A DNA stretch of 64,000 nt from Rhizodiscina lignyota (taxonomy: Eukaryota), in contig ML978122.1 in the NCBI GenBank assembly GCA_010015805.1, positions 1,894,453-1,958,452 on the forward strand, written 5' to 3'. The notes beneath the pieces were generated by a model that was not told the DNA's origin, ran no database searches, and saw only the letters and a list, made by a program, of their open reading frames with translations. A program made the position numbers and the translations under genes. Below are positions 1-11,695 of the stretch, in pieces; within the stretch, counting starts at the first letter, position 1, and each line of letters begins with the position of its first letter.

Positions 1-1605
1 CAAGTAGTTGAAAGTAGCGAGGTAAATGCTGAAGATGCCCATGGTCGCGATCGAAACGGCGATGCAAGGGACGATCCAGGGTACCGAAGACTGGTTGGTC
101 CAGGCGAACATGAACATTCCGATGGGCAGGAACAGCGACTGTGCGCTTGAGAAATAGAGACGCCCCTCCGGACACGTGAAATCCAGCTTCAAAGGCAGCT
201 TCGGGAAGGTACGGTTGAATTTGTCGCCCCAATGTCCTCGTATGGCCGCTTCTTCTTGGTACGTGGAGTACAAGGTAGCAATGAGAGAGCCGACACATAT
301 GGATGCGAATGTAGCTCCGGCCTGGGCGACGTCAAAGTGATGGTTGGTCGTAAACACGAGGGTGACTGCTGAGAAGAAGAGATACAGGACGGCCCAGGAG
401 AAGGAGACCCATAAGGAGAAGAAGAACACGACCGGTTCGGTGAGGAGAAGGTGGAATGGGCGGTAAAGAGATATGGAGATCATCTGCGCAATTGAGCCGC
501 GCTCCTCGTCACTCTTCACTTTCCACCTGACCCTCTGGCTAACTCTCTTCTCTCCGACTCCATTGCCGACAAGCATATCGAAGCCATAGTATCCAGCCTT
601 CTCACGCTCCTCGTACCATTTGTTCAACTTCTTCGCCTTCCGAGAGAGTAGTACCGATCCCCGAGTCTCTTGGAAGAGGAATGTCATGACAAGCATAAGG
701 GCGCCGTCCATGATGACTTGCATCCAGAATATCCAACGCCAGGTGGTTGAGCGGGCAATGAAACCGGCGCAGAGAGGCCCGAGTCCGGTTCCGAAGAGTG
801 CGGCGCCAGAGAAGAGTGCCATAGGGGTATTGCGGTCCTGTTATGTCAGTGAGCAGCGATAAGCAAGGTGCTAGGATAGGATTCTACGTGGGTGGGTGGG
901 TAGGTAGACATATAGAAGAGGATCACTTACATGTTTGTGATAGATATCAGAAACGCAGCCGCCCACCAGGGTAGAGAAGGTGCTACCTCCAACACCAACG
1001 AAGAAGCGAGCTGCGAGCATGCCTCCGAAAGACCTAGTCAGGGCACAACAAAGTTGGCAAATGAGGAATAGCATTCCGGTTGCGAGAAAGACGGGTCGGC
1101 GCCCGTTGAGCTCTGAGAAGGGTGCGAGGACCATCGGAGCTATACCGAAGCCTGTCGTGAAGGCGGTGATGCCAGTAAGACATGCTACACGGCTAACGTG
1201 GAAATAGTTCGTCAGCTGATCTATGCCAGGAGCGTATGAACCAGCTGTAAACGCCGTAAAGCAGGTAGCAACGCAGGACAGCCATATTATTGCACCTTTT
1301 CGGGCAGGAGACCACTCGAACGGATTGATGTATTTTGAGAGATCCGGCGCGTCTGGTGGAGGTGGCGCATCCGCTGTTGACGCGTTGAAGGATGAGGGAG
1401 CAGGCAGCTCGGTCTCAAAGGTGAGATAATGCCACACAATCTCTCCATATTCTCCCTCTCGAACAGATCTTGTCGAGTTTTTGGCAGAGCCAGGCGGTGT
1501 GAAGAAGTCGTCCTTTGACGGACTTATTGCCGCTTTATCACCGTACTCCTTGTCATTTATCATATCAGATACGGAGCGGACCAGCTCGACCTCGTGGCTC
1601 GCCAT
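1..1605 (-). CDS. MFS drug:H+ antiporter (DHA1 family), 3' end beyond the window
   Basis: ATG at 1605. Exon 1 is 1605-931. Intron 930-838 (GTAAGT...CTGAC...CAG) joins ...SDIYHKH to DRNTPMA. Motifs NPFEWSPARK, APFSELNGRRPV and a series of transmembrane helices; the frame stays open to position 1. Confidence 0.9.
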
Positions 1606-2468
1606 TGTGTGCTCGGAAGATGAAATAATGAGTCTTCCATGAGGTGAAAGTGTAATTGGACATAGGTATTATAGATGAGTCGAAAGGGCGGAAGTTTGAT
1701 GCCTTGCGATCAACTGGGATCCGAAAGAAAAAGCAGCACCCCTACCTTGTGGAGCAGCGCATTTCACAAATGCACGGCTATGACGGAAACGAAGGTCGAG
1801 ATGTGTGGAGAAGAGCTTCGCGCCGGCATGGGCATTGGATCCGCGTCGGCGTGTGGCGTTCGGCTGGGCACACTACGAGGAATTAGAGCTTTTCCTACCC
1901 GCGCCCAATGGTGCTCGATCTGGAGCTATTAGGTATACATGTACAGCTCTCCAGTCAGATGTTAGTTGAGATTCCTCCATTCTCGGTTCAGTATGACTGG
2001 ATTTGTGAGCAGGTCGTGTTGAGTCGGCCGTATGGCCACTTCAAACGCAATTGTGATGTATCTTCTGGGTTGCAGATAGCCTGAAATTGCAGGTGATTAT
2101 TCGAGGATCGGATTATCTCCCTGAGATCTACGAGAGAAATCCGAGTGAGACGGATCGCGGAATAGCTGCACGTGGGTTGGGCGGAAATAACTTGGGCGTG
2201 GAATACCTCCTAAACACTGCTGGTGTTGCAATTGTGGAGGAAATGCCCGCCGTATAGCCGCCTTATTCCCCCCTTCTCCGCAGCTTTCGGCACGCCAACC
2301 GGTCGCCTTGCATCGGGAAAGCCGGGAGCGGTGACTTGGCGTCGTCCTATGCGGCTCTGCTTCTACATGAAGATTAGACATATCCATGTCCGATCAAAAA
2401 AAGATATCTGAGCTCCATGACTCTGAGATTACGAGTATGTTCGATGGTCCGTAATGCTCCGTACTTTC

Positions 2469-2475
2469 TTAGTAA
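2469..2475. promoter_or_regulatory. Putative Yap1/AP-1 response element (TTAGTAA) upstream of the peroxiredoxin
   Basis: Exact TTA(G/C)TAA heptamer about 710 bp upstream of the Prx ATG, in the divergent intergenic region. Single short motif. Confidence 0.3.
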
Positions 2476-3182
2476 TTTCTGATCATTAGAGTTGGATTTG
2501 CATTAATATTATTTGGCGACCTGCTCTACCTACATATATGTTGTGGAATATGGAGCACAAAAGCAATGCTATGACGTCCCCATGTGGCATCAGCAGCATA
2601 GTCGCAAAAAGAAACAAGAGCAAAACTTGAAGAGGCCTGTGGCCAGCTTTACCTTTTATATAAAAGAGGAGTCCCCCAGAAGCCCGTCTGCGGCCGTCTG
2701 ACAAGCGGAAATCCCAATCTTTACATACGACTCCAGCCTCAAGGTCATCCTCGGAGAGCGCGTGAGAGTCAACACAGGCACCGAGAGCAACGCCGACAAC
2801 CATAGCAGAGGTGTCCCCGACAGCCGTAAATGCCAGCAATTGCCTGATTAGATATCAAAACCACTCTCACGCGATTTCGTACGAGTAGCTTACTGCGGGC
2901 GGTAAGAGTTTGCACGCGTTTGATTGGTGGGCAGAACTGAGCACGTCATTCTGCTGTGCCAATTGAGGAAGACCTAAGGTCACCCAAATGATGTGAGGCG
3001 CGCCGCAAATCGCGACGTCGCCGTCCATTCTACCTTGTGCTCTTCTAGACTTTATAATCAATTGACTGCCCCTCTTTCTCTCACTGTCTCTTCAATTTTA
3101 ATCGCATTCGAGACACAAATCTTGCCAGAACTACTCCAAACGCTACGAACACCACCGATCATTTAGCATAAAATCAAACACC

Positions 3183-3941
3183 ATGGGCTCAGAACCCCGC
3201 GCAGAACCTCTCCGTCTGGGCAGCATCGCCCCAGACTTTGATGCCGAGACCACAAAGGGCCCGATCAATTTCCACCAGTTTATCGGTGACGGCTGGGTTG
3301 TCCTTTTCTCCCACCCTGAGGACTTTACGCCGGTATGCACGACAGAACTGGGCGCGTTCGCGAAGCTCGAGCCGGAATTCAAAAAGCGAGGGGTCAAGTT
3401 GATTGGATTGAGCGCGAACACGATCGATAGTCACGGCAACTGGATCAAGGACATCAACGAGATCGCGCAAAGCGACCTGCAGTTCCCGATCATCGGCGAC
3501 AAGCAGAGGAAGGTGGCATATCTGTATGACATGTGAGTTGCGTCTTTCCATCTGACTACTGTGGTTGCGATGAGAAGAGTTACTGACTGATATGGCTGAA
3601 GGCTGGACCACCAAGACACCACCAACGTCGACAGCAAGGGCATCGCCTTCACCATCCGCTCCGTCTTCATCATTGACCCGAAGAAGGTCATCCGCACCAT
3701 CCTCTCCTACCCCGCCTCGACCGGCCGCAACAGCGCTGAGGTGCTGCGCATCGTCGACTCGTTGCAAACGGGCGACAAGTACAAGGTCACCACTCCGATC
3801 AACTGGCTGCCTGGTGATGATGTGATCGTGGCGCCGCCTGTCAAGACGGAGGATGCGAAGAAGATCTGGCCGGACATGAAGATTGTGAAGCCGTACCTAC
3901 GGTTCACGCCACTGCCCAAGGACAAGACGACGGCGGCGTAA
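3183..3941 (+). CDS. PRX1: 1-Cys peroxiredoxin (Prx6/Prx1 family)
   Basis: FSHPEDFTPVCTTE active-site motif. Exons 3183-3532 and 3602-3941, intron 3533-3601 (GTGAGT...AAG). Spliced protein reads ...YDM-LDHQDTTNVDSKGIAFTIRSVFIIDPKK...YPASTGRN...TPINW...VKPYLRFT. Confidence 0.95.
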
Positions 3942-5165
3942 GCATACACCCGGCAAGGGGAAGAACATTCCCTTCACTGCTCAGTTGCGCGAGCGATAGG
4001 GTTTAAGGCTGAGATGATGTAAGTACCGGAAGATTTTGCGTCGGAAGCATCGACGAGCCGCTCCAGAAGGATTGCATTGAGATTATTTGGCATGAATTGC
4101 AAGGCGCGGAGTGGTGTGGATGTTTCCGTTTCAATGGCAAGCGAGCTGTATTTGCACATTATGCCGGTCAGCACAAATTTAAGCTTTGCCCCATGCGCTA
4201 CACGAAAATTGAAATTTGACGGCACCTGAACGCCCAGCGTGCTAGTCCGTCGAGTGGTGTTGCAGTGCGCCGTCTCTGTGACTTTGCGCGTGTGTGTCCG
4301 TGAAGCGTGGCGCGCTCCTTCAATGCCCGACTTTTCAGCCTTGCGACGAAAGCGGTGCTCCTCGGCGAGCTCTTTGTCGACGTCGTCAGTCCTTGCGTTG
4401 CGAGGAGCCCCTTGTTGTCCAAAATTGTGCCACGGTGAAGCGAGCCGTAACAAACGTATCGCGCGCCACATCCAGCAAGCGGGCGAGTAAAGAACGCGAG
4501 GGACGCGGGCGCCGGCCAATGCAGAGCGGCGCTGGCACGATCCGGGCATAGATTACAGGGCCTGCTGGCGTTATTTTCGCGCGCGGGACCTGTCAGCAGC
4601 GCTCGGCCCACTCGACGCCACGAACGTGAGCGCTGGAACCTCCACGACTCACACGTTCAACTCTGCGCCGAACGAAAGGAAAGGAGGAGAGGAGAGCGAG
4701 TACGCCGCACGGGAGTGGCTTCACAGCGTCTTCAGAACTGGTAAGTCCATCTCCACTTGTCCGTCTCTCACGCCTGTGCCGTTGCGCTCTTCGTCGTTCA
4801 TCCCTTGACCGCGACCTGCATCTGCTTGCATTGGACCCCGTGCAAGACATCTCGGAAAGCTCCCGCAACAGCAAACCTTCGAACGAGCTCGACCCGTCCA
4901 GTCTGGACGTCGAAGCAACCGCTGCGACCCGGAGCATGCAAGAGCTGAATGCGCCTCTCCGAAACCTGCCCTCGCCGTGCCGAAAGGGAAGCGAGGCCCT
5001 TTCGTCCAAAGCTGCTTTTGCGCGTGCGTCACTGGACATGAGCTTCCGCGCGAGGGATGAACGATCGAGCATCTTCTGCTAAGCCTTTCTGCCCGCTATA
5101 TACCGACTCGCCTTCACCTGCAATGACTCGCTTTTCCCATTCACTCTCGACCTTGTCAGCTGACC

Positions 5166-8100
5166 ATGCTTCCCCTAGGCGTAATCGCGTATCAATCCGT
5201 GGGCCTCGAGCCTGCAACAGCCAAGGATCCATTCCAGTGGAGGACTAGGAGCCTCAAGCTTTCGACGAGGGGCAAGCCGAAGGACACGAAGGTGGACCGT
5301 GACCTAAACTTCTTCCAGAGACTGTCCCCCGCCGTCACCAACGCGGAACCATCAAGACGACCATCAGACCCTCCCGCCTTACCAGCTATTGCTCTTGGAT
5401 CGCCTTTTGAACTTTCTTCCATTCATAGAACTTCACCCTCTCCTTCTTCTACCGCTCCTTCTTCGCGACCAAGACATGTCCCCATCATTATAGACAGCTA
5501 TGCGCGTCTCCCCTCCTCGGAGAGTCCAAACTTATCCGCTGTCTCAACTCCCGTTGATAACCTCAACGCCTCTTTATACTTCGCTTCTCACGATCTCAAA
5601 CCAAGCGCTAGCTCAGCATCGCGCAACGGCTCTATCGACTCTGGCAAGGCCAAGCCCCGGCATGTTGAGATAAAGATTCCAGATTTTGTAACCCAAAGAC
5701 TATCAGATTCTTCACTTAGCACTCCAAGTGGTCGATCGAGCAATTCAACTAGCGTTTCTGCGCCTAGGACGCTCAATCCTTTGGACATGGCGCGGCAGAC
5801 GCCGAACACGAGTCGCACGAATACCTTAGACTCGACCACTTCGGAGCCTTCGGCAGCGCAGTTATACCCTGAACAGTCAAAAAATGGCACATATCTTGCG
5901 AGCGCCAACAGCAGTCAGTCTAGCTTGTATCGCCCTGCGCCAGAGGCTGGCAATGAGAACCAGCCTGCTAGTGCTACAGCCCGGACACCGGGCTCCGCAG
6001 TAAATTCAGCTGGCCCGTCGCCTGCGATACAGCAGACAGCCGGACTCAATTCTTCACCAACTTCCAACAGTGGACGGTCTGGATTGGTATGCAATGTGTA
6101 CCGAACGACTGGACGAGAGCCACGGCCACTCGTCGGAGCGACAACGACGATTGTGGGGGACAAACTCTACGTGTTTGGTGGCAGAAGACTAACAAGGACA
6201 CGACCGCAACTCACGTCGGATCTGTATGAGCTCGATCTTATTCGGCGGCATTGGACGAAACTCGACACCAAGGGTGATGTACCACCGCCACGCTACTTTC
6301 ACAGTGTCTGCCCACTGGGAGACACGAAGCTGGTCTGCTATGGAGGCATGTCGCCAGCTATCTTGCCTTCCGGCCAACCAACCTTACCAAATCAACCTCT
6401 GAACCCACAGGACCCACAGCCAGAAGTTGTGGTCATGTCCGACATTCACATTTATGACATTCCTTCTAATACTTGGATGAGCATTCCAACACAGGATTCG
6501 CCTCAGGGCCGATACGCTCACTGCGCAGCGATCCTGCCTTCCTCAGCTGTCTTTGCTTCGGCTAATGCTCCACTTTCCGCGATTCATCACAATCAATCAA
6601 CGCCCGCGAATCCAAATCAGGGCCAGCTTGGCGTGTCCTTGGATGGGAATGGCGGCGCTGAGATGATAGTCGTAGGAGGTCAAGATAGTGCGAATCACTA
6701 TATTGAACAGATAAGCGTATTCAACCTACGCAGTCTGAAGTGGACGCAAACAAGCACCCTTGGTCGAAGTTGTGGCGCATATAGGAGCATTGTGGCTCCC
6801 TTGAGCCCAATAAATGCAGCGCAGCTGGGCAAGAAGAGTGGCAAAGAGCCTGAAGGATCTTTAGAAGGGCAATCACCCACGATAAACCCTTCAGCGGGCT
6901 GGTCGATGCTCATCTACTCCAATTACAATTTCCTTGACGTAAAACTCGAGCTTCAAATACGCGATCCCGATGGCACTCTTTCCGAAAAGACAATGCAAGG
7001 TACTTTCACGCCACCTGGTTTGCGCTTCCCGAATGGCGGTGTCATCAACGGACACTTTGTCGTTTGCGGTACATTCCTCACGTCCTCAAAACAAGAATAC
7101 GCTCTCTGGGCACTTGATTTGAAGACCCTGACATGGAGTCGCATCGATACCGGCCCAAGCAATTTCAGCCAAGGAAGCTGGAATCGCGGCGTATTATGGT
7201 CACGACGGAATACTTTCGTCATCTTGGGCAACCGAAAGAGAAGCCTCGTTGAAGACTACAACCATCGCAGGATTAACTTCACCAATGTTGCAATCGTCGA
7301 GTTGGAGAGCTTCGGCTTGTATGACAACCCGCGAAAAGTGACGCCAGCGTCGAGTTTTCAGTCCGGCAGCAGTCCGTTACGGAATCTGCCGCTACCGGTC
7401 TCGTTGAATGCAAGACTGAGCTCTTCTACACCAGCAGGAAGACAGTTGAGCAAAGCGGCGGAAGAGTTGGGAACGTCTGCTCTAGCATTAACGGAACTGG
7501 CCGACATGGATTTCCTCGCAATGGGCGGGGAAAGGATCCCAGTCAATTCACACGTGATAGCAAGAAGATGGGGGCCATATTTCAACCAAGTGTATCGCGA
7601 AGGCATTGCTTCTGCAACAGGAGAGGGTGCCGAAACCGCGACACTAAGGCCCAGCGTCACAAGCGGATCAGGGTCGGGGTCGATGGGCGTGTATCCGAGC
7701 CGCAATTCGAGCATCACCATCACGCCCAGTGTGCGTACAGGGTATTCGGGCAACTCAGGCGGTAGTACGCTCGTCGATCGATCAAATTCCATCTCCAGTG
7801 GTGCAACAATTGGAAGCAATGGCTCGCCCAGCCTTGCGAGATCAGGATCGGGCTCTACAGCGACACCGGCGGGGTCAATCGACACCACAATCCTGGAGCC
7901 CCCTGATGCGAGAACTCCCAGCAACCCATCGAACCGCCCGAGAACATTGTTCTTGCCGCACACGCATCAGACGCTTCAAGCTCTGGTTAACTACCTGTAT
8001 ACTTCTTCGCTGCCACCTCCAAACAGCCAGCTCTGCACTCCGCAAATATTGTGCTCGCTCCTCCAGCTCGCAAGACCGTACCGCGTCGACGGTCTCCTTG

Positions 8101-8768
8101 AAGCAATCATCGAGCGCCTCCACTCTGCCCTAGACGGACGCAACACAGCCGCAATCTTCAACGCCGCTGCTATGGCTGCCGGCGGCGGCGATGGTGTCGC
8201 ATTCTTCGGGGCCAGCGGAAGGCTTTCTGGCGCCCTTGAAGTACCTGTTGACGGCGAAGCCGATAGATCAAGACAGGGCAGCAACGCAATGGGGACGCTT
8301 AACGAGACCCCAACCGAAGCCTTGTCAGGAACCACGATGGCTCCCGCCGCCGGTAGACCGGGCAGTCGTGGTCTCCCGCTGTCCAGGATCAACACTGATC
8401 TCTCGAACCCGAGTGTTCAGAACGGCCGTGCCAGTGCGGCAAGCACGTCTGCTAGTGCGTCGGGCACGGAGGACGAGCTTAGCAGTGCGGCGAGCGAAAG
8501 CGCGAGTGCGAGTGAGCTTAGCGGTGCGCTGACTGGGTCTGGTGAGGAAACGAAGGGCGTCGTTTGGAATGGGGAGCTGAGTGCTGTGATTGGGCTTCAG
8601 AAGAGAGGCCTCAGGGGATTGATGGAGGGTAGAAGATTGAGAGAGCTTGGAGGAAGGGAGTTGATGACTCGCGAGGGTGTGGCTGGTGCTGGTGCTGGTG
8701 CTGGTGGCACGACCGGTGGCGGAGGCGGAAGTGTGGATGCAGGACGTGTCGGGTTGGGAATTGTTTGA
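5166..8768 (+). CDS. ral2: Kelch-repeat protein with C-terminal BTB-like region (Ral2/Mds3/Pmd1 family); start uncertain (AUG 5787, AUG 5166, or a spliced non-AUG start near 4590-4626)
   Basis: Kelch repeats (PLVGATTTIVGDKLYVFGG, PPPRYFHS, GRYAHCA, IVVGGQ) and a BTB-like segment (ELADMDFLAMGGERIPVNSHVIARRWGPYF...LVNYLYTSSLP). Single 1200-codon ORF. Confidence 0.8.
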   Translation: MLPLGVIAYQSVGLEPATAKDPFQWRTRSLKLSTRGKPKDTKVDRDLNFFQRLSPAVTNAEPSRRPSDPPALPAIALGSPFELSSIHRTSPSPSSTAPSSRPRHVPIIIDSYARLPSSESPNLSAVSTPVDNLNASLYFASHDLKPSASSASRNGSIDSGKAKPRHVEIKIPDFVTQRLSDSSLSTPSGRSSNSTSVSAPRTLNPLDMARQTPNTSRTNTLDSTTSEPSAAQLYPEQSKNGTYLASANSSQSSLYRPAPEAGNENQPASATARTPGSAVNSAGPSPAIQQTAGLNSSPTSNSGRSGLVCNVYRTTGREPRPLVGATTTIVGDKLYVFGGRRLTRTRPQLTSDLYELDLIRRHWTKLDTKGDVPPPRYFHSVCPLGDTKLVCYGGMSPAILPSGQPTLPNQPLNPQDPQPEVVVMSDIHIYDIPSNTWMSIPTQDSPQGRYAHCAAILPSSAVFASANAPLSAIHHNQSTPANPNQGQLGVSLDGNGGAEMIVVGGQDSANHYIEQISVFNLRSLKWTQTSTLGRSCGAYRSIVAPLSPINAAQLGKKSGKEPEGSLEGQSPTINPSAGWSMLIYSNYNFLDVKLELQIRDPDGTLSEKTMQGTFTPPGLRFPNGGVINGHFVVCGTFLTSSKQEYALWALDLKTLTWSRIDTGPSNFSQGSWNRGVLWSRRNTFVILGNRKRSLVEDYNHRRINFTNVAIVELESFGLYDNPRKVTPASSFQSGSSPLRNLPLPVSLNARLSSSTPAGRQLSKAAEELGTSALALTELADMDFLAMGGERIPVNSHVIARRWGPYFNQVYREGIASATGEGAETATLRPSVTSGSGSGSMGVYPSRNSSITITPSVRTGYSGNSGGSTLVDRSNSISSGATIGSNGSPSLARSGSGSTATPAGSIDTTILEPPDARTPSNPSNRPRTLFLPHTHQTLQALVNYLYTSSLPPPNSQLCTPQILCSLLQLARPYRVDGLLEAIIERLHSALDGRNTAAIFNAAAMAAGGGDGVAFFGASGRLSGALEVPVDGEADRSRQGSNAMGTLNETPTEALSGTTMAPAAGRPGSRGLPLSRINTDLSNPSVQNGRASAASTSASASGTEDELSSAASESASASELSGALTGSGEETKGVVWNGELSAVIGLQKRGLRGLMEGRRLRELGGRELMTREGVAGAGAGAGGTTGGGGGSVDAGRVGLGIV
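8682..8705 (+). repeat. (GCTGGT)4 coding minisatellite encoding Ala-Gly repeats
   Basis: Four exact GCTGGT units near the end of the kelch-protein ORF. Confidence 0.85.
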
Positions 8769-9371
8769 GTTTGAGCTCATGTGGCATGGACGACGTAAGG
8801 AAATGAGGATATGCGGAGCAGCGGGTATTTTGCATTTCAGGTTTGGCGGTTTGGCGTTTCCCCCCTTTTAACCCTTATGTAGCGGGCAGTTTTCCACGGC
8901 TATTCTCCTTCGATATTTAGTTAGGAGTGTGTCTGCGTATTCCCGTCTGCGAGCGGCGCAAAGCAAAGCAAATCCGGTGCATGGAAAACTCAAGTCGCAT
9001 GGCTAGGCGGAAGTGGCGTAATGGGCAAAGTCTGTTGGTTTGTCGATTATGGATGAGAGTGTTTTTTTTATAGGTAAATTGCCTAGGTAGGATCGAGAGA
9101 AAGAAATCCTGTGACAGCTTTGTATCCCTTCGCGATTATAGAAGCATTCAATTCATCAGCCTCTAAAGAGGAAGGCCAAATCAAAAGCAGATCGAAGCAA
9201 ATGCTCTTAGATGACCGCCATATCTGCGTCTACTGATACAACATCTGAACATGCCCGTACTCTCCCTTCCAGCAACGCCATACAAATACCATGTGCCAAT
9301 TTAGAAGCCCCTTGAAATAAGTCGTAACCATAATAGTACACGCAAGGTATCATCAGAACGGGGAAAGGTCC

Positions 9372-10979
9372 TCAGTCCACTCTTCTCTCCCTTCCCCAAA
9401 CTTCATCGGCATTCTTCTTCCCTCTAGTCTCAGGCAGCCACCAGCCAACAAACAAGAAGAAAAAGAGTGCAACCCCGGCAAAGATATAGTAGACTCTGCC
9501 ACCACCCAGCCAAGAATTAACCATAGGGAAGAACTGCGCAACCACAAACGTCGCTATCCAGTTTGCTGCAAGTGCCCAGCTTTGCAATGCGCTTACTGCC
9601 TCTGGGCCGACAAGTTCAGGAGGTAGGAGGAAAGGAACAGGTCCGAGACCAAGGCCAAAGGAAGCGACGAAGCAGATGACAGCCACAGCAGAGAGCACTT
9701 TAATGCCTTTTCCGATACCGATAGCTAGGATCAGACTCGAGACGCCCATGCCAAAGATGCTCTGCAATATACAAGTCTTCCGGCCCACACGATCTACGAG
9801 CGTAGCGGCGATGGCAGTGACGATGATGTTCAAAGCGGAGACGGCGAGATTGAGGGTTGCGGAGTTGGATTCGAGGAGGTTGGCGAGCAGAGTTACACCG
9901 TACATGATGATACTGTTGATGCCGGTGAGTTGTTGAGCAAGCATGACAGCGATTACGGCGACAACAGCGCGGTTATACAACGGGTCCCGGACGACTCCCC
10001 ACATGCTGACTGATTCGTTTGGGGATTCTTTCTTCGTCGGTGTGGATGGGAGGTCGTTAGCTGGGTGATTCTCGCTGCCGAGTAGTGTTTCCTCTTCTTC
10101 GGCGAACTGTTCGCGCGACTCGACGCCCCATTCGCTAATCTCCTCTTCGATATCAAACTTATCTCCCCTGATCTTCCTCAATGTCTTCTTAGCCTTCCCC
10201 GGATGTCCTCTATCTGCCATCCATTTGGGACTCTCGCACGCAAACAGAAGCCCTACTGTCTGCACCGCACCAATCGCGCCACCAGCACCCAGGACAATTC
10301 GCCAAAACTGACCATGGCTCAAAAAGAAGCCGAGCAGCTGCGCGATCAGGATGCCCACGTTCACCATGATTTGCGTGAAACTGCCAAAGAAGCCCCTCTC
10401 CGCTGGCGGCGCCACTTCGCTCACGTATATCGGCACCACGACCACTGCTGCGCCTGCGCCCAAGCCTGAGATGAAGCGTCCGACTGTCATCACTCCAATG
10501 TTGGATGCCAGCGCCTCAAACGCTGGACCCGCGATGAAGAAGGCGGTTGTAGATTGCATTGTGCGCAGGCGGCCGAATTTCGCGGACAGTGGGCCGGCGA
10601 CGAGAGCACCGACGAGGCCACCGGCTGTGAAGATGGAACTGACGAGACCAATTTCGGTGGGATTCATGGGTATGCATTGTGGTAGGGAGAGGGAAGGCTT
10701 GGAGTCGAAGATGGATTTGCGTTTGCAGGTGATGACATCTTGTGGGGTGTTCAGTTCAGCCTAGTTCAGCATTAGTACTAAGGATAGGGAATAAGGGAAT
10801 GAGGGTTCACATACCAGATGGAATCCAAAGAGTAAAGGCCCAATGGTGGTTGTGAAGAGGAGGAACATGAAATACCATGTCAGGTCCTTGACCCACGTTC
10901 TGGGGTCCATGTTCGCGGGCTCACGGAAGGTGGGCTTAGACTCAATGTCAGAACCATCTACCGTTCCATAGAGAGACAT
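9372..10979 (-). CDS. MFS sugar-porter family transporter (Vps73/YBR241C-like, probably vacuolar)
   Basis: ATG at 10979 (alternative 10910). Intron 10814-10761 (GTATGT...CTAG) gives GPLLFGFHL-AELNTPQDVITC. Sugar-porter motifs KFGRL, GRFISGLGAG, VSEVAPPAERG, CESPKW, QQLTGINSI, DRVGRK, LPETRGK. Confidence 0.9.
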
Positions 10980-11695
10980 TTTGACAGCTTTAGGAATCAA
11001 AGGTCGCGAAGAAATTGAGATATAGACTTGAAACGAACGAGGCGTATATAACTACATACCTTCTTCCTCTGAGGACGAAGCCGTTGACATCAGAGAGGCG
11101 ATTGTGCAAGCGGGATCTTCGTCACATACGCGCAATCTGAAATTCAGCATCAGAGAAGCATATTGGGATCGTGGAGTGGTGACTGGGCGCTTGCGTATAG
11201 CTTGTCGGAGGTCGGCGATGGCCAGCAAGGTCGAGGGCGGAGGTGTGGTGCGGGCAACCATTTCTAAAGAATGTGCAAAATGGGACACAGCGGACTTTTG
11301 TGAAGCAAGTGCTTTTACTTCGACCTTCAAGGCCCCATCCTCACGCATTCCTGGTTGTTATATTCTCTGGCTTTAGCACTGATGATTCCCTTTAAAATTA
11401 AGAGAGAATTCTGTAGCTCTGATAGGCTCCATACTACGATTGTCCACAGGATGAGCTCAAATCATTTCATTGGTTCCGCTAATGAAGCATGTAGCAAGGC
11501 TGAGCAATCTCATCGATATGTAAGTGCCTGTTGCGATTGTAAGGGGAGACTACCTTCCCTCTACAACTATCCATATGCCTTTCTCAAGGTGGCGGATTTG
11601 GCGATATAGTCCATCATAGAACCGGACGTTCGTACAGCCCATGGTGCTCGAATTCTCTGCGTCTCAAGCAGATATTCTGCATATCAGCGCAAATC

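Noticed and set aside
2486..2839. 117-aa minus-strand ORF between the MFS and Prx genes
   Set aside because: Non-AUG start, no recognisable motif and no supporting splice structure. It lies in promoter DNA.
3066..3182. Possible upstream mitochondrial presequence for the peroxiredoxin
   Set aside because: There is an in-frame TAA at 3099-3101 and no upstream in-frame AUG.
3189..3767. 192-aa ORF antisense to the peroxiredoxin
   Set aside because: Shadow ORF from the strong codon bias of a highly expressed gene.
3974..5082. Cluster of overlapping 60-190-aa ORFs on both strands
   Set aside because: GC-rich promoter/leader DNA with few stops. The translations are R/A/S-rich with no domain signal.
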